DNA from: Candidatus Hermodarchaeota archaeon | GTDB lineage: Archaea > Asgardarchaeota > Lokiarchaeia > Sigyniarchaeales > SOKP01 | DNA: 64,000 nt | Assembly (NCBI GenBank): GCA_048885925.1 | Contig: JBHLLG010000010.1 | Span: 831-64,830, forward strand | Reading direction: 5' to 3' | Shown: one piece after another, positions 46,143-56,753 of the stretch | Layout: each line of letters begins with the position of its first letter | How positions within the stretch are numbered: the stretch's first letter is position 1 | Translations under genes and position numbers: made by a program | Notes under the pieces: model-generated | Told to the model about the DNA's origin: nothing | The model's database searches: none | Seen by the model: only the letters and a program-made list of their open reading frames with translations

Positions 46143-48305
46143 ATGACAAAAATGAAAAAGCGGAATAATCTTAAAATGTCATCATCGGAAAGAGATTGGT
46201 TTCATTTATGGCGTATACCTAGACTAATGATTTTTGGATTTGGTATTGTTACTCTTTTTTGGTATTTTTGGTGTGTTATTGGTTTAATTATCGGAGTTCT
46301 TTATTTCTTTTTCCTAAAAGACAAAGCATGGAAACGAAATGGAATAGTATTAGCTTGTGCAGTTGGTTTTGTCACGTTAATTGTTTATTTCTATAAAGAA
46401 ATTGCTCCACTCATGGTTGCAATTTGGTTTAACGTAATTTTTATCAGTTCTTATTTAGTATTATTAATTATTTTAGAGATTCTAAAAAGAAAAAAAATAA
46501 CACTTAATAAAGTTCTTCAATGGTCTCGAAGGTATCAGAAATTATCAAAAAAAAAGCGCCAAATAACAGAATTAGTAATTCTACTAATTCCGATAAGTTT
46601 ATGGACCTCAGTTAGTATTGATCTCAGAGTTATGTTTGATAATAGACCTAAACTTTTATGGGTAAATGCACCATCTATGGTCAAACTTAATACAACTTTT
46701 GAGATTACGGTAGAGGCTTGGGATTTCTTTGAACGTTTAAGTGCAATCTATAAGGGAAAAGTAGAATTCTCCATAAAATCATTTAATTTTACTGATTATA
46801 CTCTTATAATAAATCCTAAAGCAAATTTACCGGAAGCATACACATTTACGGGACAAATGTTCGGTTCTGACATTGCTTATCAGATTAAAGATGGAAAGGA
46901 TAATGGAATACATGTGTTTCAAGCAAGTATTCTTACACCAGGCTTTCATTATATTTTAGTAAATGATAGTATAACTAAAAATACTTATTATAGCAATCCT
47001 ATCATTGTTAAAAATTTCACATCTTCAGAACCATTCATCGTTTGGGGAGATATCCATACTCATTCTCAACTCTCTGATGGTACAGGTACACCAGAAGATT
47101 CATTTTACTTTGCGAAACAAATAGCTCGCCTTGACTTTAATGCATTAACAGATCATGGTGAACTAATGATGTTTAATCCATTATCACTCAATCATCTTGA
47201 ATCATCTACCAACGCTGCTTATGAACCAAATAAATTTGTCACTTTTCATGGAATAGAATGGACTTGTGTTGAGACAGGTCATTATGTTTGCATTTTTAGC
47301 GGTAATTCATTGTTGAAATCACCCATACTTGATTCATATTTTACAATTAAATCATCTAATGCTTTATGGAATGCTCTGGATGAATTTACATCAAAATATG
47401 GAGTTCGAGCTCTTGCATTACCACATCACACCACCAAAGAAGCATATATTCAGGATTGGACTTATAATAACCTAAAGTATGTTAAATTAGCAGAAGTATC
47501 TTCTGTACATGGAGAATTTTTATTTGAACAAAGACATCAATTAAATTATGTTGGTGCTATTGATAAACCTCCAAAATATACAAATGGATCATCAATTATT
47601 GATGCATTTACCATGGGGTATAGAATGACTATGTATATTTCTAGCGATGAACATGATGGTCATCCAGGTCATAGTTTAAGTCATACAAGAGCATATATAG
47701 GACATCAACGACCTTTCAGTTTATGGCATACCCGAAATGAACATCCGTATCCAGGAGGATTAACTGCGGTTTATGTTAATAACCTTACAAGAGAAGGTGT
47801 TTTCACTGGTTTAGAAAATCAAAGAATATTTGCTAATTCTGATCATGGACGCCCAATCCTTATTTTTAGAATAAACGGTACTAATGTCGGAGATGGCTCA
47901 ACATTCATCGCAAATAGTCAATCTGAATATAGAGGAATCAATGTTTTTTTAGCTCAAGATGGAGCCCCAGTTGCACGAAAATCTAAAGCAGCATCAGTGA
48001 CAAGCAATTGGATTCCGAATTGGAATGCAAATATTGAAATTATAAAGAATGGAAATTTATGGTATACTGAAAAAATATCTTCTCCTATAATTAATATCTC
48101 AATAATTGATAAAGATAAAATTATAGGAACATCCTATGAAAATAGTTGTATTAAAAGAGGAGATAATTATTACATAAATCAATATAGTAATAATCCAATT
48201 GATCCAAGCACATTAAATACAGGTGGTTTTGATTATTATTTAATTCGAGTTGTAGGAGAGAATGGAAGAATATCTTACGCTGGACCTATATGGGTTGAAT
48301 ATTAA
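46143..48305 (+). CDS. membrane-anchored DUF3604/PHP-like metal-dependent phosphoesterase-fold protein
   Basis: About 5 N-terminal TM helices, then VWGDIHTHSQLSDGTG...ALTDHGE and ALPHHT, SSDEHDGHPGH metal-ligand-like motifs. Confidence 0.6.
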   Translation: MTKMKKRNNLKMSSSERDWFHLWRIPRLMIFGFGIVTLFWYFWCVIGLIIGVLYFFFLKDKAWKRNGIVLACAVGFVTLIVYFYKEIAPLMVAIWFNVIFISSYLVLLIILEILKRKKITLNKVLQWSRRYQKLSKKKRQITELVILLIPISLWTSVSIDLRVMFDNRPKLLWVNAPSMVKLNTTFEITVEAWDFFERLSAIYKGKVEFSIKSFNFTDYTLIINPKANLPEAYTFTGQMFGSDIAYQIKDGKDNGIHVFQASILTPGFHYILVNDSITKNTYYSNPIIVKNFTSSEPFIVWGDIHTHSQLSDGTGTPEDSFYFAKQIARLDFNALTDHGELMMFNPLSLNHLESSTNAAYEPNKFVTFHGIEWTCVETGHYVCIFSGNSLLKSPILDSYFTIKSSNALWNALDEFTSKYGVRALALPHHTTKEAYIQDWTYNNLKYVKLAEVSSVHGEFLFEQRHQLNYVGAIDKPPKYTNGSSIIDAFTMGYRMTMYISSDEHDGHPGHSLSHTRAYIGHQRPFSLWHTRNEHPYPGGLTAVYVNNLTREGVFTGLENQRIFANSDHGRPILIFRINGTNVGDGSTFIANSQSEYRGINVFLAQDGAPVARKSKAASVTSNWIPNWNANIEIIKNGNLWYTEKISSPIINISIIDKDKIIGTSYENSCIKRGDNYYINQYSNNPIDPSTLNTGGFDYYLIRVVGENGRISYAGPIWVEY

Positions 48306-48309
48306 ATAT

Positions 48310-48978
48310 TTAATTGACTTCTAAAACTAGCAAATTTTTTATATCATTAATATTAATCCCAGATAAATCACTTACTACTAGATCAGCATTAAGAAGCTCT
48401 TCTTTATCATGAGTAGTAGTTAGAGCTATTGATTTCATATTTGCTCTTTTCGCAGCTTCGATACCTACAGGAGCATCTTCAATGACTAAGCAATTTTCAG
48501 GTTTAACATTAGCGGTTTTAGCAGCGATAAGAAAAACATCAGGTGCTGGTTTCCCATTCTTAATCTCTGTAGCCGTTATTATTACATCGAAATATTCTTT
48601 AATTTTTAAACTAGTTAATAACAATTCCACATTTTCTTTTGGACCGCTAGAACCAACTGCTAATTTAAAGCCATTTTCTTTAAGTTCATTAATTAGATTA
48701 ATTACGCCGGGCAATGGTTCCAGTTTCTCTTGAACCATCTCACGATAATATTTTTCTTTAAGATTTGCCCATCTTATGACATCTTTGTCATTAGTTTCTG
48801 GACCGACCAATTTACGAGTAATTGGGAAAGATTGTTGACCAAAAGTGGATTTAAAAAATTCTTTTGTAATCTCCATTCCAATTTCATTTGCTAATTTTAC
48901 CCAACTCTCAAAATGAATTGGACCTGTATCAGCTAGTACTCCATCCATATCGAATATTACACAATACGCATGAAACAT
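48310..48978 (-). CDS. HAD-superfamily hydrolase (beta-phosphoglucomutase/phosphatase subfamily IA)
   Basis: VIFDMDGVLADT (DxD motif I), VGSSG (motif II), K...EDAPVGIEAAKRANM (motifs III/IV). Confidence 0.85.
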   Translation of the reverse strand: MFHAYCVIFDMDGVLADTGPIHFESWVKLANEIGMEITKEFFKSTFGQQSFPITRKLVGPETNDKDVIRWANLKEKYYREMVQEKLEPLPGVINLINELKENGFKLAVGSSGPKENVELLLTSLKIKEYFDVIITATEIKNGKPAPDVFLIAAKTANVKPENCLVIEDAPVGIEAAKRANMKSIALTTTHDKEELLNADLVVSDLSGININDIKNLLVLEVN

Positions 48979-49055
48979 AATTGATGCAAATAAATACTAT
49001 TAGATAAAAATTATAGGGTAAAATATATTTTAAGAATTACATAACAATTATCAAT

Positions 49056-49183
49056 GGCCCGGTAGTCTAGCTAATACTAAGAATTTATCTTTGAATCTGG
49101 AATGGATGGGGCGCTGGCTTGCGGTTTTAATATGATTTAAAGTAAAAAGCCAGAATGCGAGGGTTCAAATCCCCCCCGGGCCA
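49056..49183 (+). tRNA. tRNA-Arg (anticodon GCG) with two introns: ~30 nt in the D loop and 23 nt at the canonical 37/38 site
   Basis: Acceptor GGCCCGG/CCGGGCC plus A73. D stem GTCT/GGGC. Anticodon stem CTGGC/GCCAG with loop TTGCGG[23-nt intron 49125-49147]A. Variable loop AATGC. T arm GAGGG-TTCAAAT-CCCCC (one A.C mismatch). The D-loop region is 40 nt long (about 49072-49101 in excess). 128 nt in total. Confidence 0.8.
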
Positions 49184-49220
49184 CTATTTTTTAAACCTTT
49201 TATTATTGTTTTATTTAGAA

Positions 49221-49991
49221 TTACTCGATATATTCTAAGATCTCTGAAATGCTATTAATTGTTCTTAGATCATTAATATTTAACTCTTTTTCGAATGGGA
49301 ATTTATATTTTCTTTTAAGTAAAATTGATTGTAAATTAGCTCGTTGAGCGCCAATTATATCTGCATATTCATCTCCACACATTATAACGGAATTTCCTTG
49401 ATTTTTTAAACCCATCTTCTCGAGTGTATGATAGAAAATGTCTGGATCTGGTTTTCGCTTTCCAAATTTAGCAGATGTAATAACTACATCAAAAAATCTA
49501 AATAAATCATGCTTTTCTAACATATTTTTTATCGTTCTGTGATTTGGGTGATTAGATATTAAAGCAATTTTCAATTGTTTCATTTTTAATGTCTCTAATG
49601 TTTCTCTAGTTTTTTCAAAAGGTTGCCATTCCTCTTCTTCACATGAATGATATATTTCAGCTAATCGTTGATATGTATTTTCTGTTAAATTACTCAAATT
49701 ATTTATTATTTCCTCTTCTTTTAGTGATTCCAAAACATTTTGGAAGATCATTGACGTTGGAAACTCAATTTTTGTTTTAATACTTTTTCTAAAGAAGTCT
49801 TGCCTTTTTTTACCAAACAGATTAAGAAAGATTTCGGAGTTAAGTTTTTCATTCCAAACCTGCTTTTCTTTTAAAATATCAATTGACTTTAATAATCCTT
49901 TTTTAAAACATTCATAATATCTTTCAACAGAAGGATTATCAAAATAGAACAATGTGAAGCCAAAATCAAAAATAACTCCTTTAATCATCAT
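49221..49991 (-). CDS. HAD-superfamily hydrolase
   Basis: VIFDFGFTLF (motif I, second Asp replaced by Gly/Phe context), ISNH (motif II), K..PDP...GDEYADIIGA (motifs III/IV). Confidence 0.7.
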   Translation of the reverse strand: MMIKGVIFDFGFTLFYFDNPSVERYYECFKKGLLKSIDILKEKQVWNEKLNSEIFLNLFGKKRQDFFRKSIKTKIEFPTSMIFQNVLESLKEEEIINNLSNLTENTYQRLAEIYHSCEEEEWQPFEKTRETLETLKMKQLKIALISNHPNHRTIKNMLEKHDLFRFFDVVITSAKFGKRKPDPDIFYHTLEKMGLKNQGNSVIMCGDEYADIIGAQRANLQSILLKRKYKFPFEKELNINDLRTINSISEILEYIE

Positions 49992-50118
49992 CGTGTTAAT
50001 ATTTATAAAAATATAATCTCAATTTTAATTTATCTGAATTAAAAGGTAAGTAAAAGGAGTTTCGTTTCTGTTAAATACTTAATAAAAAACAAATTATTAT
50101 CATAGATAATTAGTAATA

Positions 50119-50664
50119 ATGATAGATAATATGTCTATAGATAAATGGCTCTCTGAAAAAGATTTAAAAGAAGAAAAAATTAAAAGAGAGAGAGCTTTTA
50201 AGCGACTTACGAAGGAAGAAGTTCAGGAGTTAAAAAAAAAGAAAATTAGAGATATAGCCAAGAAGGAAGAACAAAAAAACAATCAAGATTCAGAAGATGA
50301 AAAATTTTTACATAAGATTATTGAATTTAGAGAATGGTTAAACCAGAGAACTTATCTTAAAGGAGATATAGAGAAAATTGAAACATGGATAAAAAATTTG
50401 TATTTAACAATTAAATTTGAGATTAAAGAAAAGCCAAATTCAATAGATTATGATGTAAAAAAGAAATTAATTGAAAAATATAAAGAAATTCCACCAAAAT
50501 TTCTAGATGAAAAAACGAGAATAGCATTGAATAAAAGAATTCATGGAACAACAAGAACAAGCTCAGATAACTATTATTTAAGAAAATTAAAAAATAATAT
50601 TTCAGAAAAACTCAAGGAAGCAAAATATTATGAAATTTTAGATAAATTATTTGAAATATTATAA
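50119..50664 (+). CDS. hypothetical Lys/Glu-rich protein
   Basis: ORF only. Helical charged composition. Confidence 0.4.
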   Translation: MIDNMSIDKWLSEKDLKEEKIKRERAFKRLTKEEVQELKKKKIRDIAKKEEQKNNQDSEDEKFLHKIIEFREWLNQRTYLKGDIEKIETWIKNLYLTIKFEIKEKPNSIDYDVKKKLIEKYKEIPPKFLDEKTRIALNKRIHGTTRTSSDNYYLRKLKNNISEKLKEAKYYEILDKLFEIL

Positions 50665-50751
50665 AACTCCGAGGAAAATTCAAAATACTTTTTATTTTAT
50701 CAATGTTTATATTTTTTATAGTAAAAATTAGACACCTCGTAAATCAAATAA

Positions 50752-51840
50752 ATGTGGCTCATTTGTCCTATTGCTGGTGTGGGTAAAAGACTTCAACCGT
50801 TCACTTATTCTAAGCCAAAGGCTTTTTTGAAAATAGCGGGAAAGAGATTAATTGATCACATTTTAATAAAGTTAAAGAGCTCTTTTCCAAAGGGAACAAA
50901 CATATGTTTTATTGTTGGTTATAAAAAGAGACATATAACTGAATATCTAAAGAAAAATCATTCAGATTTTTTTAACCTCCACTTTTTAGAACAAAAACCC
51001 CTAGGATACGAAGCAGATGCTCCATTCTTCAGTGGACTTGGTGACGCCGTATTACTAGCTAAAACTATTGTCGAAAATGATGACTGCTTTATATTTTTGA
51101 GCGATAGATATCCACTAGAAGATTACTCACAAATTTTATTGAATTTTCATCAAGATATATGTGACGGAATTATAAATGTAAGACAAGTAGAAAATCCACA
51201 ATTTTATGGTGTAATTGAATTAGATGAAAATGAAACTGTTAAAAGTATCATTGAAAAACCAGAAAAACCTAAATCTAATTATGCTGTATCGGGGGCATAT
51301 CTATTTGGCATGAGTATAACCCCAAGATTATTTGAGCTATTAGAAGATCAAAGTAAAATCCCTTTAGAAAATGGTCAAGAGCATACTATCACACCAATTA
51401 TCCAACAGCTAATTGAAGAGGGTTTTAAATTCAAAATTAATGAAATGAAAAAAGATATATTAGATTTTGGTCGACCTGAAAGCTTAATAACAGGTAATCG
51501 TTTATTATTAGAAGAAACTAAAATACAAGACCCAACTTATGAAAAAATGTATCAATCTGGTAACATCATTGATTCAAAAATAGTCCCTCCTGTTTTTATT
51601 GGGGAAAATACTAAAATTTTTAATTCAGTTATAGGTCCGAATGTATCTATTGGAGATGATGTAGTTTTAGAAAAATGCATTATATCGGAATCTGTAATTG
51701 GAGATGAAGCAAATTTAAGTAAAATTATTTCCTCAGAGAGTATTGTTGGAGATTATACTATACTGGAAGATTTGATTAAGAAACGTATTACTATTGGAGA
51801 TTCCTCGTATATTACTACTTCTAACATGAAATCATTTTAG
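50752..51840 (+). CDS. sugar-phosphate nucleotidyltransferase with C-terminal left-handed beta-helix (GlmU/RmlA-like architecture)
   Basis: ICPIAGVGKRLQPFTYSKPKAFLKIAGKRLIDHI (GxGxR(L) NTP-transferase motif). Hexapeptide-like repeats VIGPNVSIGDDVVLEKCIISESVIGDEANL. Confidence 0.8.
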   Translation: MWLICPIAGVGKRLQPFTYSKPKAFLKIAGKRLIDHILIKLKSSFPKGTNICFIVGYKKRHITEYLKKNHSDFFNLHFLEQKPLGYEADAPFFSGLGDAVLLAKTIVENDDCFIFLSDRYPLEDYSQILLNFHQDICDGIINVRQVENPQFYGVIELDENETVKSIIEKPEKPKSNYAVSGAYLFGMSITPRLFELLEDQSKIPLENGQEHTITPIIQQLIEEGFKFKINEMKKDILDFGRPESLITGNRLLLEETKIQDPTYEKMYQSGNIIDSKIVPPVFIGENTKIFNSVIGPNVSIGDDVVLEKCIISESVIGDEANLSKIISSESIVGDYTILEDLIKKRITIGDSSYITTSNMKSF

Positions 51841-51957
51841 AAAAAAAGTAAGAAAATTCATATTTTTTGTTTTTAATAATTCTCCCGTAAATCATTTTTT
51901 AAGCACTATTTACAATAGGGGTAAATAGAACGTTAACTTAGGAATCTAAAAAGCATA

Positions 51958-53394
51958 CTAATGTTTATAATTGATTTTTGGTCTTTTATCTTGCCAAGGA
52001 GCAACTTCTTCAAAGGCTTTTGAGACTTGAAAGACAAGTGCATCATCAAACCTTTTTCCTATTATTTGCATTCCAATTGGTAATCCCTCACTAGACCAAC
52101 CACATGGAATAGATGCTGCCGGCAAACCTGTTAAATTAAATGCAGGTGTGAAAGCATACCATCCTGCATGCGATACTGCTTTTCCCTTTATCTTATCAAC
52201 ATGTACTTTACCTAGTTCAAATGCTGGGACTGCGGTAGTAGGAGTAATTAGAATATCATAATTTTTAAAAAACTTATACATTTCTTCATCTATTCCGAGT
52301 CTCTGATCCCATGCCATTTGGTAAGCAATTCCAGGAGTGGTTAATCCAATAGTAATTTGTTTTACAAAGCCGGGTGTAATTCTATCTCTCCATTCCTCTA
52401 ATTTTTTACCATAATCATAAGCAGCACCAATGCATGCAAAAGAATAAAAAGCATTATTAACCTTTTTTAGCTCAACGTTTGCCTTCTCAGTAACCCAACC
52501 GAATTGTTCTAATTTTCTGATCGATTCTAAAACAGCTTGCTCAACTTCATCTTCAATCACTTTCGTAACACCTAAGCTAAGTGAATATCCAATTTTTAAT
52601 TTCGGTAGTTTAGATTTTATAGCTTCAGTATAATCAATGTTATCTTCTGGTAACGACTGTCTATCTGCACTATGGGGCCCTTTTAATACATTAAACATCA
52701 ATGCAGCATCTTTTACAAATCTTGTAATTGGCCCATAATGATCTATTGTATAGAAGTTAGTTCCTCTTCTAGGATATTTAGGAATTTTTCCATAAGTTGA
52801 TTTGAATCCAAAAACACCACATAGACAACTTGGAACTCTAATCGATCCACCTCCATCGGAACCTAGTGATAAGGGGCTTATTCCAGCTGCCGTAGCGGCT
52901 GCCGCACCACCTGATGAACCTCCAGATGTTCTTTCAATATTCCATGGATTCTTTGTTTCTCCAAAAACTAAATTATCTGTAATAGTTACATGACCAAATT
53001 CAGGAGTATTTGTTTTCCCTAAAAGAATAATTCCCGCTTTTTTCAATCTTTTTACCGCAACCTCATCCACTTCCGGGACAAAATTCTCATATAATTTTGA
53101 TCCATACGTAGTCCTTATTCCTTTTGTTAGCATAAGATCCTTAATACTAGTTGGGATTCCGTGTAGTAATCCCAATTTATCACCTCTTTTCACAGCCTTA
53201 TCAGCTTCTTTAGCCATATCTCTAGCTAAGTCGAATGTTGTGGTGCAATAAGCGTTAATAATTGGATTAATCTTTTCAATTCTTTCGATTATTAGTTCAG
53301 TAATTTCGATAGAAGATAATTCTTGTGTTTTGATTTTTTCTCCCATTTCGAAAGCCGACATATAACATATTTCTTCTTTATTCATTCTTAGCAT
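51958..53394 (-). CDS. amidase (amidase-signature family, GatA-like)
   Basis: AS signature GGSSGGAAAATAAGISPLSLGSDGGGSIRVPS with the Ser-cisSer-Lys context (KDLMLTKG). Confidence 0.9.
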   Translation of the reverse strand: MLRMNKEEICYMSAFEMGEKIKTQELSSIEITELIIERIEKINPIINAYCTTTFDLARDMAKEADKAVKRGDKLGLLHGIPTSIKDLMLTKGIRTTYGSKLYENFVPEVDEVAVKRLKKAGIILLGKTNTPEFGHVTITDNLVFGETKNPWNIERTSGGSSGGAAAATAAGISPLSLGSDGGGSIRVPSCLCGVFGFKSTYGKIPKYPRRGTNFYTIDHYGPITRFVKDAALMFNVLKGPHSADRQSLPEDNIDYTEAIKSKLPKLKIGYSLSLGVTKVIEDEVEQAVLESIRKLEQFGWVTEKANVELKKVNNAFYSFACIGAAYDYGKKLEEWRDRITPGFVKQITIGLTTPGIAYQMAWDQRLGIDEEMYKFFKNYDILITPTTAVPAFELGKVHVDKIKGKAVSHAGWYAFTPAFNLTGLPAASIPCGWSSEGLPIGMQIIGKRFDDALVFQVSKAFEEVAPWQDKRPKINYKH

Positions 53395-53525
53395 TTCCTT
53401 TTTTTATGTTTTAATATAAATAAATTTGATGAGATCTTATATAAAGCTCTATCAACAAATATTTAATCAAGATAGGAATATTATATCATATTTGGTAAAA
53501 GAATGATAAGCATAGGCATAAATAA

Positions 53526-55172
53526 ATGCAAAAAATTCACCTAAAAAAACTAGAAAAATTTTGTGGTAGAGAAGGTCCACTTGTCTTAATAATAATGGAT
53601 GGAATAGGTCTTGGAAGAAAAGATCAAAGCAATGCTTTCTATTTAGCAGATACTCCATTTTTAGATAAGTTACAAAAAGAATGTCCTAAAAAGAAATTGT
53701 ATATAGAGTTAAAAGCTCATGGAACTGCTGTTGGTCTACCTACTGATGATGAGATGGGAAATAGCGAGGTTGGACATAATGCAATAGGTGCAGGTAATGT
53801 TATCAAACAACGGGCAATGTTAGCAAAAGAAGCAATTCAATCAGAGAGGTTATTTAAATCCGAGAAATGGTTGGATTTAGCAAATGGTATTATTGATAAT
53901 AATAAAACGCTTCATTTTATAGGTCTATTATCGGACGGTTATGTACATAGTCATATTTCTCATCTAATTGGATTATTAAGGGGTGCTGCAGCCTCAAATA
54001 TTAAAAAAGTAAGAATTCATACATTATTCGATGGAAGAGATGTTCCCCCTCAATCAGCTTTATTATATATCGAAGAATTAGAACAAGAATTAAATAAAAT
54101 AAATGCAGACGGAGTACATGATTACCGAATTGCCTCAGGTGGAGGAAGAATGCGTGTTACTATGGATAGATATAATTCAGATTGGCAGGTTGTTAAAAGG
54201 GGTTGGGAAGCTCACGTAGGGGGGATACCAGAAAAATTTCCTTCATATAAAGGGTATTTCCTATCTGCAATAGAAGCTATAAATCAAGCAAGAAGTATCG
54301 AGCTAGATATTATAGATCAATTTCTTCCATCTTTTGTTATAGTTAATGAAAAGAAAGATCCCATTGGTAAAATGGAAGAAGGTGATGGAGTTATATATTT
54401 TAATTTCCGGGGAGATCGAGCCATTCAGATTTCAAGAGCCTTTGATGAAGAAAATTTTAATGAATTTAAGCGCGATTATTATCCTCACGTTCAATATTAT
54501 GGATTATTACAATATGATGACAAATTAAATATTCCTAAAAACTACTTTATCGAGCCTCCAAAAATAGATAATACTATTTCTGACTATTTATCTTTAGAAG
54601 GGATAAGTCAGTTTGCGATTGCTGAGACTCATAAGTATGGTCATGTAACTTACTTTTGGCGGGGTAATAGAGATGTTAAAATTAAAGGAGAAGATTGCGT
54701 AGAAATTAAATCAGATCCTTCTGAAACCATAAAAGATCAACCAAAGATGAAAGCATATGAAGTAAGAGATGAATTGATTAAAGCTATTATCTCTGGTAAG
54801 TATAAGTTTTTAAGAGTTAATTTTGCTAATGGGGATATGGTGGGTCATACAGGTGTTAAGAGTGCTGCTATGATCGCTGCAGAAACTGTTGATGAATGCG
54901 TAAATGAAATAGTTAATACTGTTACAGCACTTAAAGGGATTGCAGTAGTTACAGCAGATCACGGAAATTTAGATGAGATGGAGGAGTTCAAAACAGCTCA
55001 TACTTTAAATCCTGTTATGTTTACTATAATAGACTCTGATTATAATAATGAATACATAATAAATGATAAGGTAAAAGACCCCGCTTTAGGGAATATTGCT
55101 GCTACGATATTGAATTTATTAGGTTATCATAAACCAGAGAACTATTTAGATTCATTGATTAAATTTATCTAA
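53526..55172 (+). CDS. gpmI: 2,3-bisphosphoglycerate-independent phosphoglycerate mutase (GpmI type)
   Basis: LIIMDGIGLG, MGNSEVGHNAIGAG (catalytic Ser context), NFANGDMVGHTG and TADHGN. 548 aa. Confidence 0.9.
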   Translation: MQKIHLKKLEKFCGREGPLVLIIMDGIGLGRKDQSNAFYLADTPFLDKLQKECPKKKLYIELKAHGTAVGLPTDDEMGNSEVGHNAIGAGNVIKQRAMLAKEAIQSERLFKSEKWLDLANGIIDNNKTLHFIGLLSDGYVHSHISHLIGLLRGAAASNIKKVRIHTLFDGRDVPPQSALLYIEELEQELNKINADGVHDYRIASGGGRMRVTMDRYNSDWQVVKRGWEAHVGGIPEKFPSYKGYFLSAIEAINQARSIELDIIDQFLPSFVIVNEKKDPIGKMEEGDGVIYFNFRGDRAIQISRAFDEENFNEFKRDYYPHVQYYGLLQYDDKLNIPKNYFIEPPKIDNTISDYLSLEGISQFAIAETHKYGHVTYFWRGNRDVKIKGEDCVEIKSDPSETIKDQPKMKAYEVRDELIKAIISGKYKFLRVNFANGDMVGHTGVKSAAMIAAETVDECVNEIVNTVTALKGIAVVTADHGNLDEMEEFKTAHTLNPVMFTIIDSDYNNEYIINDKVKDPALGNIAATILNLLGYHKPENYLDSLIKFI

Positions 55173-55235
55173 ATTAGGTCATAGTAAAGATTATAAAATT
55201 AGGGAAAATTTCAATAAATATTTTTTTCCAAAATA

Positions 55236-56753
55236 TTAATAGACTTTCTTTTTAACATTTGGAGCTCCCTTGATGAATAAATTTTTACTGTTTTCCAACG
55301 AACCATTATAGATGATTTTACTTTTTACCATTTCTTTAGGAGGATATTTTATACCTGGTGGATATGAACTATCTTTCCAACCTCCTAATGCTGTGCTAAT
55401 ATTGGCTTGCATAGGTTCAGAATTTATATATAAACTTCCTGCTTGTAATTCTTTAGAAAATCTTTCTATATTTTCAGATGGAGTGTAAACCACAGCTCTC
55501 ATGCCATAATTAGAATGATTTGCAAGAAATATTGCATCATCAAGGCTCTCTGCTTTTGTAATACTTCTTACAGGACCAAATGCCTCTTCCCTCCATAAGA
55601 ATGGAGCTTTATTAAACTCAAGAATATTTTCTCTAGGAATTTCTACTAAGGTTGGCTTATAAAATAATCCATAAGATTTTCCTGTATCAATTTTTTCTGC
55701 ACCACATAGGACTTTGACACCTTTATGCTTAATAGCTTCTCCAACCATAACTTCCATCATCATTAATATACGCCTAGAGCCAAGTGGCCCTAGATCAGTT
55801 GTAGGATCTCGAGGATCACCCATTTTCAATTTATCAATCTCTTTTAGGAGTAATTCAAGATATTCGTCATAAATATCTTTATGTACAATTATTCTTTTCA
55901 TTGAGAAGCATTGTTGGCCTGAATTTGTGTAGGATGCAATTATATTCCATTTAGCGACCAATTCTAAATTTACACCTGGCATAACTATTCCTGCATCATT
56001 ACCGGCACACTCGAATACAAAATTTTTAAAAGGTTGGGTTATCATATTAACACCTAGATACTTCTGAGTATTTTCTTTTAAAAAATCGGCATAATCAATT
56101 AAAATCTGCTTTGCTGTATGAGATGCTGCCACACAAACAATGTTTTTAACTAAATTTGATTCAATAAATATTTTAGTTGCAAAATCACCTGGACTAATAA
56201 CTAAATCATAAGCATCATTAAAGGGAAAATCGCTTTCTTTGATTCTGTCAATGCAAAATTTCATTGTTAATGGGCATGCAGTAGAAGGTTTTATTATAGC
56301 AGGATTACCCGTCATAAAACTGGCTCCCCAGTAGTACATTGGGAGACTCATTGGTGTATTACGGGGAGTTATACCAATAGTTAATCCCATTGGTTGATAT
56401 TTTAATAGAGATATTAGCCCACTTTCTAGATCACGTTGTTCCCTATCCTGTACTAAATCAATAAACCAATCGACATAACTATACCCTTTTTCAATTATGG
56501 AAAATTCCCATTCAGAGTATTTAACGGGAAGCCCACCTTCATCAACTATGATATCTTTGATTTTTTTCTTGTTTTTTACCAAAACAGAAGCAATATCTTT
56601 TATAACCTCAATTCTCTCTTCCATTGTAGTATTTAAAAGCTTATATTCCCATTGAGCTGTCCTTTTTATTTTTTCATTTATTGTTTCCACTGTATCAGCT
56701 TCAAGGGAATCTATCAACTCTCCAGTATATTTATTTAAAATATCCAATTTCAT
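55236..56753 (-). CDS. aldehyde dehydrogenase family protein
   Basis: FECAGNDAGIVM (Glu of the ELGGK-equivalent motif), NSGQQCFSMKRIIV (catalytic Cys) and EEAFGPV. Confidence 0.85.
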   Translation of the reverse strand: MKLDILNKYTGELIDSLEADTVETINEKIKRTAQWEYKLLNTTMEERIEVIKDIASVLVKNKKKIKDIIVDEGGLPVKYSEWEFSIIEKGYSYVDWFIDLVQDREQRDLESGLISLLKYQPMGLTIGITPRNTPMSLPMYYWGASFMTGNPAIIKPSTACPLTMKFCIDRIKESDFPFNDAYDLVISPGDFATKIFIESNLVKNIVCVAASHTAKQILIDYADFLKENTQKYLGVNMITQPFKNFVFECAGNDAGIVMPGVNLELVAKWNIIASYTNSGQQCFSMKRIIVHKDIYDEYLELLLKEIDKLKMGDPRDPTTDLGPLGSRRILMMMEVMVGEAIKHKGVKVLCGAEKIDTGKSYGLFYKPTLVEIPRENILEFNKAPFLWREEAFGPVRSITKAESLDDAIFLANHSNYGMRAVVYTPSENIERFSKELQAGSLYINSEPMQANISTALGGWKDSSYPPGIKYPPKEMVKSKIIYNGSLENSKNLFIKGAPNVKKKVY

